Source: Okamejei kenojei
Lineage: Eukaryota
Assembly (NCBI GenBank): GCA_035221665.1
Contig: JAVHYY010000823.1
Span: forward strand, 62,001 to 126,000
DNA: 64,000 bases
Direction: 5' to 3'
In this document: in pieces, positions 24,591-37,339 of the stretch
Layout of the letters: each line of letters starts with the position of its first letter
Numbering within the stretch: position 1 is the first letter of the stretch
Notes under the pieces: model-generated
Database searches by the model: none
What the model was told of the DNA's origin: nothing
The model's input: the letters and a program-made list of their open reading frames with translations, nothing else
Position numbers and translations under genes: made by a program

Positions 24591-24750
24591 GAGTGACTCA
24601 GTGGGACAGGCAGCATCTCTGGAGAGAAGGAATGAATTATGTTTCGGGTCGAGACTCTTCTTCAGTCTGAAGAAGGGTCTCGACCCGAAACGTCACCCAT
24701 TGCTTCTCTCCAGAGATGCTGCCGGTCCTGCTGAGTTACTCCAGCATTTC
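24589..24750. repeat. Palindromic head-to-head Penelope-like repeat with hammerhead-like cores on both strands
   Basis: Symmetry centre at 24666 (CTTCTTCAG-T-CTGAAGAAG); plus core CTGAAGA-A-GGGT-CTCG-ACCC-GAAAC-GTC at 24667-24694. Confidence 0.8.
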
Positions 24751-24829
24751 GTATCGCTTATCTGGTTTGCTCTTCCACTTCTACCAACTGCACCCCTATT
24801 CATGTCATTCGTTCATCCAGTTGTAGGAG

Positions 24830-25600
24830 ATACAACATTTGTCTTTTTAACCTCTTCCTTGCCCACAATCCAGGGACCCAAGCAGTATTGCAAGTGAAGC
24901 ATCAATTCACTTTTGCACTTTCCAGTTTAGTGTAATTTGGTGTTCACCACATAGTTTTCGCTACGAATCTGTGCAAATTTTTAAATCGCGCACGCTTATA
25001 TCCATGACGCGTAAAAGGCAGGCCGACTGCGTAAGGGTGGCGCGCAGTGGCGTTTGGTTACGCACGGTGACGTAAAGACGCTGGTCTTCTACTTATCTAT
25101 TCTTGCTGTCTTCCAAACATGTACTTTATCTGAAGGGCATTCTTGGCCCCAATGGATCTTGGACATTACTGCTAATTTCTGCCTCTGCCACCAGGGGCCT
25201 CTAGAGAAGCATTCAAATATTTGGGAGTCCTTTCTTCATGATGTAATTCCAGTTGGTATTTATCTGGTTCGATTCAGTTATAGAATGGTGCCACCTCCTT
25301 TGCAGCGGTCAAGAGAACACTGTGCTGTTCTCATCCCCTCCCCTCCACAGAGCAAGGATACGGATCCCCATCAGCTTCAGAGATCCTCTCATTGTCATTT
25401 CCATTGACAAGGTGCCACCATCTTCCCTGCTGTCTGTACGCTCTAGGGATTGTTACTCCATGACATTTTGGTTCAGTCTTAAGTTTTCAGTAACACCCAC
25501 TCCCTTTCCCATCGCACCTTCCATGCAACTGTTGGAGATGCAGAACATGTCCTCTTACCTCTTCCCATCATTCTGGAACCCAAACACTTGTTCCGGCGGA
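24830..25600 (+). pseudogene. Penelope-like RT C-terminus, Cys linker and GIY-YIG endonuclease remnants (fragmented)
   Basis: FLTSSLPTIQGPKQ..QVKHQF at ~24845-24910; PCNCWRCRTCP-like Cys linker at ~25520-25555; degenerate RT C-terminal sequence at 25310-25480. Confidence 0.6.
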
Positions 25601-25605
25601 GTTAG

Positions 25606-25762
25606 ATTTAGCTCTTAGGGCTAAGGGAATCAAGGGATATGGGGAAAAAGCCGTAACGGGGTACTGATTTTGGATGATCAGCCATGATCATATTGAATGG
25701 CGGTGCTGGCTCGAAGGGCTGAATGGCCCACTCCTGCACCTGTTTTCTATGTTCTATGTTTC
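25606..25762 (+). mobile_element. CR1 3' tail
   Basis: AAGGGATATGGGGAAAAAGC...CAGCCATGATCATATTGAATGGCGG...TTTCTATGTTCTATGTTTCTA. Confidence 0.85.
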
Positions 25763-27748
25763 TAGAAGCAGAGATTTTTCCTGCTAAAATAGGGTAATGC
25801 ATTCACTGCAATGTAGTTTCCTCTATGTCAAAAAATTCAAAATCTGATGAAGTAGTCACTTTGCAGAACTCCTGCATTTAGGCTGAAAGTGAGACACTGA
25901 GCTTCTCGTTGTCTATCAAGTCAAGTTAAGAGTGTTTTGTTGTTGTATGCAATGGGAACAGAACAATGAAGCTCCTACTTTCTATAGCTTTACAGGCATA
26001 CAGAACAGCATAACAAATATACAATGATCAGTCATCTTAGGTAATCAGACCACAATAGCACAAGCCAGAGCACATAGTGAAACTTTAATCAAAGTATAAT
26101 CATATTCACGATAATACTCTATCCCACTTGCTTTCTGACCTTTGTTTTTGGTCTCCCACACTTCAGACAGTTCAAGGAACTACCTTGTTTTCTAGCTATG
26201 CAGTTGCTTTCCTCGAAGTTTTGACATTACATTCAACAATTTCAGATCACCTCTTTCAGTTTGTAATAGAACTGGATAACTTGACAGCTGAGTATTTCTC
26301 GCGTTCCGGTTTTATTTCAGATTCCCCCTATTTGTACCTCTTGGTTTCACCATGTGTTTTCTCTCTTCTTTGTTCTTGTTCATCTCATGTTTCTATCTCA
26401 TCCAGACATTTCAGTTGCAGTTAACAAGCTTTCAGCACCCTATCTTAGGTGGCACTATCTCCAGCGGTCTCATTCAATCTCTCTTGCTCTTCAGCCTATC
26501 ATAGTCATTCCTATCATTATGTCCACCCCAGTCTCTTGCATTTCCGATGTTTTGGAGTTCTAATGGAAAACCCGAATTGCAAAAAGATTGAGCACCCTAG
26601 TGTGTCCCATTGATTGGAAAGTATAATCATGCTACCTCCTACCTTTTCAATAATATTAATATTACACCAGACCAACCCACTAGAAAATATAAAAATCTTC
26701 TTTGGACCCACCTATTAAAATGTGTAAAAATCATTTTGCACCAAAGGGTTTCTAGCCATCTCCTCGCTGTTTTGGAAGCAAGAGTATAGATTGGCTGCTG
26801 GATTTTGTACTTTACATTGATGAAAGCACTTCAAAATTAATTGATTGTAAAAATTCTTGAGGACCTGATATTGTGAAGGTCATGTTGGTAGAACGGGTCA
26901 ATCCTTTTGCCCCCCTCTCCACATGCCACCCTGATGCACATCTATTTCTCCCATTATCCCGTCCCTGTTTTTCTTCCATCCCTTTTGAAATGGAGATCAG
27001 TTTATAAGGATTGCATAAGCCAAATCATGCTGGAACATGAGATAGTTAGACTACCCACCTCCCATAATCTGAACACCTTATTTCTGGTAGATGTAGTGTT
27101 TGTTGCTATCCATGGTAACTTGTTAAAAAAAAGGGACAATGGTGTGTTAATTCAACTGTCCAAATATTTATTTCCTTTGTGACTTGAGTCTGTGCTCCTG
27201 GACTGTGACAGCCAATAATGAATGTCAGACATTCTCCTTTAAATGGTGTGAGTGATTGGTTTGCTATCCAGCTTCTTGAATCTTTTAACAAACTTTACAA
27301 TTATTAATATTGCAATGGTTATGCATGAATGGTGACCATAGATGTTCTGTTGTAAATCCTTATCAAAGCCGCACATGTGCACAGCTCATTTTCTTTTGCC
27401 AGAGAAGTGTTGTCACTCACTTACTTAGACTGAGTTCCTCCCACACTGTTGAGTTCATTGGGCAGCAAGCTTTCGCCATTCTGTTCGGTCATGTGTGATG
27501 TCTTCCACCCTCATGGGTTACTTGCAGGGGGCAGGCTCCATCTCTCATGCCGGTTTCCAGTAGCGTTTATGCTTGCTGTTTCCGTAGCGGGTTAGGGTTT
27601 TATGGGGCGGGGTACTAGCCCAATGCCCAACCCTCCTCCTATGTCTGGGCTTAGGACCGGCACTGACTTGGGTTGTCCATAGCCAGAGGAGGACCAGGTT
27701 GTTTTTTAAGCCATTGTAAATACCATAGCATTACAGTTCAGAGCATTA

Positions 27749-28284
27749 AGGGCCTGTCCCACCAGCATGTGACTGCATGCGGCGAGCGCGACCTAACGTG
27801 GTGGCTTGAGGCGTACGGCCTCGCATGGCCAGTCCCACTTCGATCGCCAGAGCCGTATGGAGTTGTGCGGAGCTGGTCCCGACATCGTGCGGGGCTCCGA
27901 AAAACTGACACTGTTCAAAATCCCGCGGGGCAACGGCCTATCGACCTGCAGTCGCATTGAGGCCGTACGTAACGTCTCGATGTTGTACGCAGCATCATGA
28001 CGCCTTACGCAGCGTCTTGACAGTGTATGCCTAGCGCGTGGCGTTGTGCGATGATGTCACCGCCCGGCGTGCCATTGCGTGATGATGTCACCGCCCAACG
28101 CCGTGCGACGTCCCAATTCACTCAGCCCGCCTCCTGCCCAGCTGATTGGTGAGTATGATTTCGGGACCAACCCCGCACAACTCCATACGCCTTCGCGGTT
28201 CGAAGTGGAACCAACCCCGCGAGGCCGTACGGTTCAAGCCACCACGTTTGGTCGCGCTCGTCGCATGCTGGTGGGACAGGCCCT
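27749..28284. mobile_element. CpG-rich non-autonomous TIR element (PIF/Harbinger-like MITE), 536 bp
   Basis: TIR AGGGCCTGTCCCACCAGCATG...CATGCTGGTGGGACAGGCCCT extends imperfectly for ~100 bp; flanks are TTA (left) and TAA (right); no coding capacity. Confidence 0.85.
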
Positions 28285-28669
28285 TAACTGGACCATTCTT
28301 TTTGTGTTAAAAATTATCACACTGACTCCAGGATACATGTCAAATGAGATCAAATGCAATAATGTAGTTTTATTTTTATTTTCAGGCCATAGTAATCATA
28401 GAATCATAAAAAATAAAAGCACAGGAAGCCTGTGCAAAATGGAATAGAGGTACTTCGTATAAGTCCACCTTCAAGCACTGAGTTACCATTCAGCAGTATA
28501 TAAACCAGATTAGATTGGTGTAGGATTAGTGTAAATGGGTGGTTGATAGTTTGTGTGGACTTGGTGGGCCAAAAGGCCTGTTTCCATGTTGTATCTCTCC
28601 CTGTCAAAAGCCCTGCAGCTCACAGCTCGTCAAGTTGATAGCTACTGAAATTTGTCATTTGAACTGATG

Positions 28670-29990
28670 CAATAGACAATAGACAATAGACGCAGGAGTA
28701 GACCATTCGGCCCTTTGAGCCAGCACCACCATTCAATGTGATCATGGCTGACCATTCCCAATCAGTACCCCATTCCTGCCTTCTCCCCATAGCCCCTGAC
28801 TCCGCTATTTTTAAGAGCCCTATCTAGCTCTCTCTTGAAAGCATCCAGAGAACTTGGCACCACCGCCCTCTGAGACAGAGAACTCACCATTCTCTGTGAG
28901 AAAAAGTATTTCCTCGTCTCCATTCTAAATGGCTTACTCCTTATTCTTAAACTGTGGCCCCTGATTCCGGACTCCCCCAACATCGGGAACATTTTTACTG
29001 CCTCTAACGTGTCCAAGCCCTTAACAATCTTATATGTTTCAATGAGATAACCTCTCATCCTTCTAAACTCTAGAGTGTACAAGCCCAGCTGCTCCATTCT
29101 CTCAGCATATGACAGTCCCGCCATCCTGGGAATTAACCTTGTAAACCAACACTGCACTCCCTCAATAGCAAGAATGTCCTTCCTCAAATTAGGGGACCAA
29201 AACTGCACACAATACTCCAGGTATGGTCTCACTAGGGCTCTGTACAACTGCAGAAGGACCTCTTTGCTCCTATATTAGATTCCTCTTGTATAAAGGCCGA
29301 CATGCCATTCGCTTTCTTCACTGCCTGCTGTACCTGCATGCTTACTTTCATAGACTGATGTACAAGGACCCCCAGATCCCGTTGTACTTCCCCTTTTCCC
29401 ACTTGACGCCATTTAGATAATAATCTGCCTTCCTGTTTTTGATACCAAAGTGGATAACCTCACATTTATCCACATTAAACTTCATCTGCCATGCATCTGC
29501 CCACTCCCTCAACCTGTCCAAGTCACCCTGCATTTTCATAGCATCCTCCTCACAGTTCGCACTGCAACCCAGTTTTGAGTCATCTGCAAATTTGGTAATG
29601 TCACATAGAATACCTTCATCCAAATCATTGATGTATATTGTAAATGGCTGTGGTTCCAGCACCGAGCCTTGCGGTACCCCACGAGTATCTATCTGCCATT
29701 CTGAAAGGGACCTGTTAATCCCTACTCTTTGTTTCCTGTCTGCTAACCACTTCTCTATCCATGTCAGCACTCTACCCCCAATACCATGTGCCCCAATGTG
29801 GCCCACTAATCTCCTATGTGGGACCTTATCTAATGTTTTCTGAAAGTCCACGTACACTACATCCACTGGCTCTCCTTAGTCCATTTTCCTAGTTACATCT
29901 TCAAAAAATTCCAGAAGATTAGTCGAGCATGATTTCCCCGTCGTGAATCCATGCTGACTCGGACCGATCCTGTTACTGCGATCCAAATGG
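28670..29990 (-). mobile_element. CR1/HER1 LINE 3' 1.3 kb (RT domain, frameshifted)
   Basis: DVVYVDFQKTLDKVPH, GVPQGSVLEP, KFADDSKLG, YRALVRPYLEYCVQFWSP; (CTATTGT)n tail. Confidence 0.93.
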
Positions 29991-30149
29991 TCGCACAGTG
30001 GTTCCTAATTATTACAGCTTAGTTCATAGGTCTGAATTACATATCTAGAATATATGAGAACATTGAGCAGAAGGGTCTCGAACCGAAACGTCGCCTATTC
30101 CTATTGATTTTTCCAGCATCTGCAATTCTTTCGTAAACATATCTATTTT

Positions 30150-30740
30150 GAGCGTATTTTATGATCTGGCCACAACCACTTTGTATGGGAATAATTCCAC
30201 CAGTTAACTACTCTTTGGGTGCAGAAATTGCTAATCATTTCAATCACAAATGGTTTCCCTTGTATCCTTGAGTTGTAACCCTTGGTTCTTGACTTCTCCA
30301 CCTGAATCTAATTTGTTCAACCCCATCAGGATTTCATAGATTTCAATAAGATGTCTTCTCATTCTGCTGAACTCAAGAGAATATAAGCCCGTTCATTCCA
30401 ATGATATCATTCCTGCCATCATAGGAATCGGTCAGGTGAACATTCGCCACACCCTCCATAGCAAGAACATTCTACTTCAGATGAAGAGATCAAAGCAGCA
30501 CACATCTCAAGGTGTGGTCTCACCAAAGCCCTGAACAATTGCAGATGGATTTCCCAACTCGTGTAGTTAAATCTTCTGGCTGTCAACAAACCATTGCTTT
30601 CTCATCCGCTTGCTTCAACTGCTTACTAACTTTCATCAACCGATGTACAAGGACACCCAGGTCCCATTGCACCTCCCTCATTCCTCACTTATTATGCACA
30701 GATAATAATCTGCCCTGCTGCTCCTGTTCCAAAATTTACC
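30150..30740 (-). mobile_element. Older CR1 3' fragment
   Basis: Degenerate homology to the CR1 RT C-terminus (GTGTGGTCTCACCAAAGCCCTG; TGTACAAGGACACCCAGGTCCC). Confidence 0.7.
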
Positions 30741-32129
30741 TCTGCGGTACCTTTTACTATTTGCTCATTAAAAGAGAGTTACGGGTGACAGTAGGAGTAA
30801 CCTTTAAACCTCAAATTATTCCTCCTATTAAGTTTAATTATATCCTGTGTAAAGAAACCTAATTAATGATTTCACTTGCTAGCTCTCATTAATTCTAATT
30901 ATGGAACAAAAAACTTGTATTGGAATTCTAATGCACTGATGATTTAGTCATTATTCAATTTTCCTTGTTCCTTATTATTTAACACTTTATTTATAAATTT
31001 ATGGAGTTCTCATTTATACTTTTATTCCTTTCAAGGTTATAATGTGCCATAAAATAGTCAAAACTTAATTAGAAGTTTGATTTTATTGGTTTGCGACAGA
31101 TGACAAATATTGCCTTGCCCATTGAGTGTCAAATGTAATCCATTTTATATTTCATTCAGGAACCCTAACAGGGTTGAGCACAGCAGGCTGCAAATTGCAT
31201 CAGCATCTGTGCAGGCAATTCAAATGCTGGTTTGGAAATCACCTTACAAACTATTGCCAGAGTACTTCACCTTTGATCAGTTTTGATAATGGCATCAAAC
31301 CCCAGTAGGTTGAGATGCAATTTCCATTTTGAGGTCGGTTGTGCTGTGCCTTTTCAAACCGAGCACAAAGGTGAAAGTAAAGTTTTAGTTGTAATCAATT
31401 TGAAATCTGCAAAAAGCTCATTTTCTAATCTCCTCATCATCTCTGCAATTATCATAACCCATTATGTGGATGCTGTGTTAAAGAATTAAAAAAAAAACAG
31501 ACTCACAGCCAGAACTCCCTTCAGTAACTCGATTACCAGTCAAGCTGGGATGGCTGAAAATGGTTACTCCTTGGAGAAAAGTAACTTGAGTGAAGTGGTT
31601 TTACATTGAGACAAATTTCAAGAGGAAGGCAGCCAACACCTCAGCCTCCATGATTGTAATGAGAAATAGCACATCACCCTCCACCTCAGCACATGTCGGG
31701 CAGCTGGAGAAGAGTGTTTTCCAGAGGTTACTTTTCCACATCAGCTCCCATGTCACAGAAGAATGCAAACGGTAACACATCAAAGTGCCACTGCCTTCTC
31801 TGATAGATGGTGTGCACACTTGTGTCCCATTGAAATATATCATCCATTTACAGAGTCAGTAATGTTGCAGAATGATTCCAAGACACTGTGCTGGTGCATT
31901 AGTCTGCAAAGTAAAATGCTGCCAGGTCACGATAGGAGATATCAAGGCAAATGCGCAAAAGCCCAAAGAGTTAAGATTTAAGAAGCATATATAATAGGAA
32001 CAAGAGAAAGACAGGGGATTACAGAGCTTTAAGGTCTTGGCAGCCAGAACATCGTTAACTCGGGAATGATCAAGACGACAGAGGTTGAGATCTCAGAGCA
32101 GCAGAAGACCTGGTGAAGTTTAACAGGAT

Positions 32130-33453
32130 ATAGAAGCATAGAAAATGGGTGCAGGAGGAGGCCATTCAGTCCTTCGATCCAGCACCACCATTCATTGTGT
32201 TCATGGCAGATCATCCACAATCAGTGCCTGCCTTTTCCACATATTCCTTGATTTCGTTAGCCCCTAGAGCTCTATCTAACTCTCTTTTAAATTCATCCAG
32301 TCATCTTTTAAATTCATTCATAAATTGGCCCCGACAGCCTTCTGTGGCAGAAAATTCCACAAATTCACAACACTCTGGGTGAAAACATTTTTTCTCATCT
32401 CAGTTTTAAATGCCCTCCCCTTTATTCTTAGACTGTACCTCCTGGTTCTGGACTCCCTCAACTTTGGGAACATTTTTCCTGCATCGAGCTTGCCCAGTCC
32501 TTTTATAATTTTACATGTTTCTATAAGATCCCCTCTCATCCTTCTAAATTCCGGTGAATGCTTGCCCAGTTTGTCCAATCTTTCCTCATATGACAGATCC
32601 GCCATCCCGGGGATTAACCTCGTGAACCTACGCTGCACTGCCTCAATAGCAAGAATGTCCTTCCTCAAATTAGGAGACCAAAACTGCACACAATATTCCA
32701 GATGTGGTTTCGCCAGGGCCCTGTGCAAGGACCTCTTTACTCCTATACTCAAATTCTCTCGTTATGAAAGCCAACATGCCATTAGCTTTCTTCACTGTCT
32801 GCTGTACCTGCATGTTTACTTTCAGTGACTGGTGTACCCAGGTCTTGTTGCACTTCCCTTTTACATAATCTGACACCATTGAGATAATAATTTGCTTCCT
32901 TGTTCTTGCCACCAAAGTTGATAATGTCCCATTTATCTACATTATACTGCATCTGCCATGGATCTGCCCACACTCAACCTATCCAAATCACCCTGCAATC
33001 TCCTCGCATCCTCTTCGCAGTTCACACTGCCACCCAGCTTTGTGTCATCTGCAAATTTGCAAGTGTTACATTTAATCCCATCATCTAAATCATTAATATA
33101 TATTGTAAATAGTTGTGGCCCCAACATCGACCCTGTGGCACTCCACTCGCCATTTTGCCCACTAATCTCCTGCATGGGACCTTATCAAAGACTTTCTGAA
33201 AGTCCAGATACACTACATCCACTGCAACGAGTCACATCCTCAAAAAATTCCAGAAGATAGGTCAAGCAGCATTTCCCCTTCATAAATCTATGCTGACTTG
33301 GACCAAACCTTTTACTGCTATCCAAATGTGCCATTAATATTTCTTTAATAATTGACTCCAGTATCTTCCCCACATAGATCAGGTAAACTAGTTTATAATT
33401 CACCGTTTTCTCTCTTGCTCCTTTCTTGAAAAGTGGGATAACATTAGCTACCC
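32130..33453 (-). mobile_element. CR1/HER1 LINE 3' fragment
   Basis: ANVIPLFKKG..NYK, GKCCLTYLLEFFEDVT, KFADDTKLGG and PHLEYCVQFWSP across broken frames. Confidence 0.9.
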
Positions 33454-33871
33454 GAAATGGACGGACCAGTTTATGAAAAGAGTAGAAAACAAGGATGTGA
33501 ACTTTAAAATTGAACAGGACTTGATGGAAATAAGAAGTCAGTATTTTGTAGAATTCCAATATTGTAATGAGGAGGATGAGGAAGCTAGGCCAAGAGTTGA
33601 AGGAGGGTCCCGGCCAGAAAAGTCACCTATCGATGTTCTCCAGAGACGCTGCATGACCCGTTGAGTTACTCCAACTTGTGTCTTTAGTTGAATGGAATAG
33701 GTGTCTCAAGGTAGTAAAGGTATGGACAGGACTTGTGTTTTGAAAATGGAAATAGACAATTTAGCAAAATTATATGGTTTAATATTCAACTCGGTCTAAT
33801 ATGACACCAAGGTTTTTACTTCAGATGCTTTTTCTGAGTTGGAGTAGCTGGATAGAGAATATTGGGAATGA

Positions 33872-34928
33872 AGACTCAAGAGTCTAGAGTGTTTTATTGT
33901 CATATGTCCCAGATGGGACAATGAAATTCCTACTTGCTGCAGCACAACAGAATATGTGAATATGTTAACATAGCACATAACCGGGAAATAGAGAAAAACA
34001 AGAAAAAGTTCAATAAATAACAAATATAGTGCAATAATAATATAGTCCTTTGCAGTTCAGAGCTCAGAGCTTATTCATTGTTGTGTTTAATAGCCTGATG
34101 GCTGTAGGGAAGAAGCTGTTCCTGAACCTGGATGTTACAGTTTTCAGGCTCCTGTACCTTCTTCGTGATGGCAATGGTGAGATGAGTGTGTGGCCAGGAT
34201 GGTGTGGGTCCTTGATGATTTTGGCTGCCTTTTTGAGGAAGCGACTACGATAGATCCCTTCGCGGTGGGGAGATCAAAGCCGGTGATGGACTGGGCAGTG
34301 GTCACAACGTTTTGTAGTCTTTTTCGCTCCTGGACGTTCAAGTTGCCGAACCAGGCCACGATGCAACCAGTCAGAATGCTCTCTACCATGCACCTGTAGA
34401 ATTTAATAGAATTCTCTTCGACATGCCGAAGCTCCGTAATCTTCTCGGGAAGTAGAGTCGCTGATGTGCCTTCTTTATAATTGCATCGGTGTGCTGGGTC
34501 CAGGAAAGAACTTCGGAAATATGCACGCCCAGGAATTTGAAGTTATTCAGCCTCTCCACCATCATCCCATTGATATGAACAGGACTGTGGGTCCTCATCC
34601 TTTCCCTACCAAAGTCCACAATCAGTTCCTTGGTCTTACTGATGTTGAGAGCCAAGTTGTTGTGCCGGCACCATTTTGTCAGTGGTCGATCTCACTTCTA
34701 TACTCTGACTCGTCCCCATCTGTGATTCGTCCACCCACTGTGGTGTCATCAGCGAACTTGATGATGGAGTTCGCATTATGTCCGGCTACGCAGTCATGGG
34801 TAAAGAGTGAATAACTAAGGGGGCTGAGCACGCATCCTTGAGGTGCTCCCGTACTAAATGTGACTGAGGATCAAGTGGTTCCTCCAATTCGAACAGACTG
34901 TGGTCTGTGGATGAGGAAGTTGAGGATA
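33872..34928 (-). mobile_element. Rex1/Babar 3' fragment, close relative of the 1253-3061 element
   Basis: [48 protein letters not shown]; related 3' UTR and tail. Confidence 0.9.
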
Positions 34929-35569
34929 TCAGTGCTGGATATTCACCATTTCGAGACTGCAAATCAGGTTGGCCTCAGGAGTGTGATGAAGTGATCAGGG
35001 AAGTCAGAGAAAAGAAAATGGAGCATGATATGAAGAACAAATGGTTTTGGGTTTTCCCTTAATACATGATAAAATAGAGTTGTATAATAGCTAAGGCTGA
35101 ATGCCAGCTGCTGTTAACCTGCCTTTTCAAACCTCGTAACATTTGTTTGGTAGAATTGCTGCAGCAATTTAATTCCTTTGCAAATGTTTGCTCAATGTTC
35201 TAAGTCTCCATGCTAGAGGAACAATTTTTATTTGTGATCGAACACACAATCTTGCATGGATATTTACACGAAACTTGAATTGCACCATATTAAATAAATC
35301 TCATGTCAAGTGTGAAACTGTAGCTTCAAAAAGAATATCCTCTGAACATGTGGAGTACTATGAAACGGCATGACATGCATCAATCATATTGATTTTTCAA
35401 TCCACTGTTTGGAAGTAAATAAATGTACAATGAGTAAGTCCTGGTATTATGTGCGAGTGTGCTGTGATTTGCCTGTGGCTGTGAGAGAAAGTTAACTGTG
35501 AAATACCCTTTGATCTGTTTACCTGGAAAGGGAAGAGGCAAAAACTTGCTGAATGTTCGCATGGATTTA

Positions 35570-35850
35570 ACCAGAGGACATGGGTTTAAGGTGAAAGGGA
35601 AAAGATTTAATAGAAATCTGAGGGGTAACTTTGTCACACATAAGGTATAGGTGTACGCAACGAGCTGCCAGAGGAGGTAGTTGAGGCAGGGACTATTGCA
35701 ATGTTTAAGAAACAATTAGACAGGTACATGGATAGGACAGGTTTGGAGGGATAAGGGCCAAACGCAGGCAGGTGGGATTAGTGGAGATGGGACATGTTGG
35801 TTGGTGTGGGCAAGTTGGGCCGAAGGGCTGTATGACTCTATGACTATGAT
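35570..35850 (+). mobile_element. CR1 3' tail
   Basis: ACCAGAGGACATGGGTTTAAGGTGAAAGGG...TATGACTCTATGACTATG. Confidence 0.85.
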
Positions 35851-36719
35851 TTATTTGTGTTGTGAGTATTGAGCAGAACTACCTTGAGATTGAACATTAG
35901 AAAATGTCAAGTCAGCAAGGTTTATAATTTCTCTGAAGATAGACACAAGAAGCTGGAGTAACTCAGCAGGACAGGCAGCATCGCTGGAGAGAAGGAATGG
36001 GTGACATTTCAGGTCGAGACCCTTCTTCAGACTTCTAGTTTGTGATTTTATTCTGAAAAGATTATCGTTCGTATTTTTTTCCAGCACTACAACGCTGTTT
36101 TATCACCAGAGCAGAGTTACGCTTGTCACCTCTGATGTGTTTGTATAGGATCCAAGCAAGCAGTAGCACATCTCAATGAAGGTGCAGTGGTTCTGAGGTG
36201 CTTGCAATGGATGGGACTTTTGATGTAGCCGAACAGAATCTAGCCATCCTCGTGATAAATGCTCAGACTTCATTACACATTTTTGGCTGCCTCTATGGTG
36301 GATGTACTTTCAAATGTCAGCATGTTCCTTCACATCATTTCATCTCTCACATTGGAGCTATAATTATAGAAAGCATATTTTTCTTAAATTCTCATATGAA
36401 ACTTTAAATTTAAGTGCTTGAACCTGTTCCTGTAAGGCAGTACAAAAAAAACCCTTGAATGAACTCTGTAGAAGAGAGATGAGTGTTGTTTTTTTTTCAG
36501 TATTTGTGTAATTGCAGTGGTTCGGGTCAAATTCAGAATCAGAAGTAAACAGTTGTCCATTTTGTTGTCAGTATAATAGAACACACCGTATTACCTGTCC
36601 CTCACAGCAACCTACGATGTGGAAGGGATCTAATGCCAAATGAATTACGATAAATGTATACATGGATTTCAGTAAGGCATTCGACAAAGTTTGGCATGGT
36701 TGGCTGCTCTGGAAAGTTA

Positions 36720-37022
36720 AGGGCCTGTCCCACTGTACGAGCTAATTCAAGAGTTCTCCCGAGTTTCCCCTGATTCAAACTCGGAGAATTACGGTAATAG
36801 CCGTTCGTAGGTACTTGGGGCTCTCGTGGACATTTTTCACACTGTTGAAAAAACTTCACGAGCTTACCGCATTTCCCGAGTACCTGTCGTTAGCGTTACA
36901 AGCCCCAAAGAGACGTCCCGAGCTCTGACGTACCCGCTCCGTACATTCTGCGCACTTACCACGAGTTTGCTTTTTAAACTCGGGAGAGGTCTTGGGTAAA
37001 CTCGTATAGTGGGACAGGCCCT
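36720..37022. mobile_element. PIF/Harbinger-like MITE, 303 bp
   Basis: TIR AGGGCCTGTCCCACTGTACGAG / CTCGTATAGTGGGACAGGCCCT; TTA on both sides. Confidence 0.88.
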
Positions 37023-37031
37023 TTACAGTAA

Positions 37032-37339
37032 AAGCCCTGTCCCACTGTACAAGTTCATTCAAGAGTTCTCCTGAGTTTGCCCTGATTCGAACTCGGAGAA
37101 TTACGGTAATGGCCGCTCTTGGGTACTCGGGGCTCTCGTGGACATTTTTCAACATGTTGAAAAATCTTCCCGAGCTTACCATGTTTCCCGAGTACCTGCC
37201 GGTAGCATTACGAGCCACTAAGAGACATCTCCGAGCTCCAATGTACCCGCTACGTACATGCTACGTGCTTACCACGAGTTTGATTTTTATTTAAACTCAG
37301 GAAAGCTCTTGGGTAAACTCGTACAGTGGGACAGGGCTT
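37032..37339. mobile_element. PIF/Harbinger-like MITE, 308 bp, direct-orientation paralogue of 36720-37022
   Basis: TIR AAGCCCTGTCCCACTGTAC / GTACAGTGGGACAGGGCTT; flanks TAA and TTA. Confidence 0.88.

Noticed and set aside
28362-28455. Strong acceptor-like TTTTATTTTCAG followed by a possible donor
   Set aside because: All three frames hit stops before the donor; no support for a coding exon.
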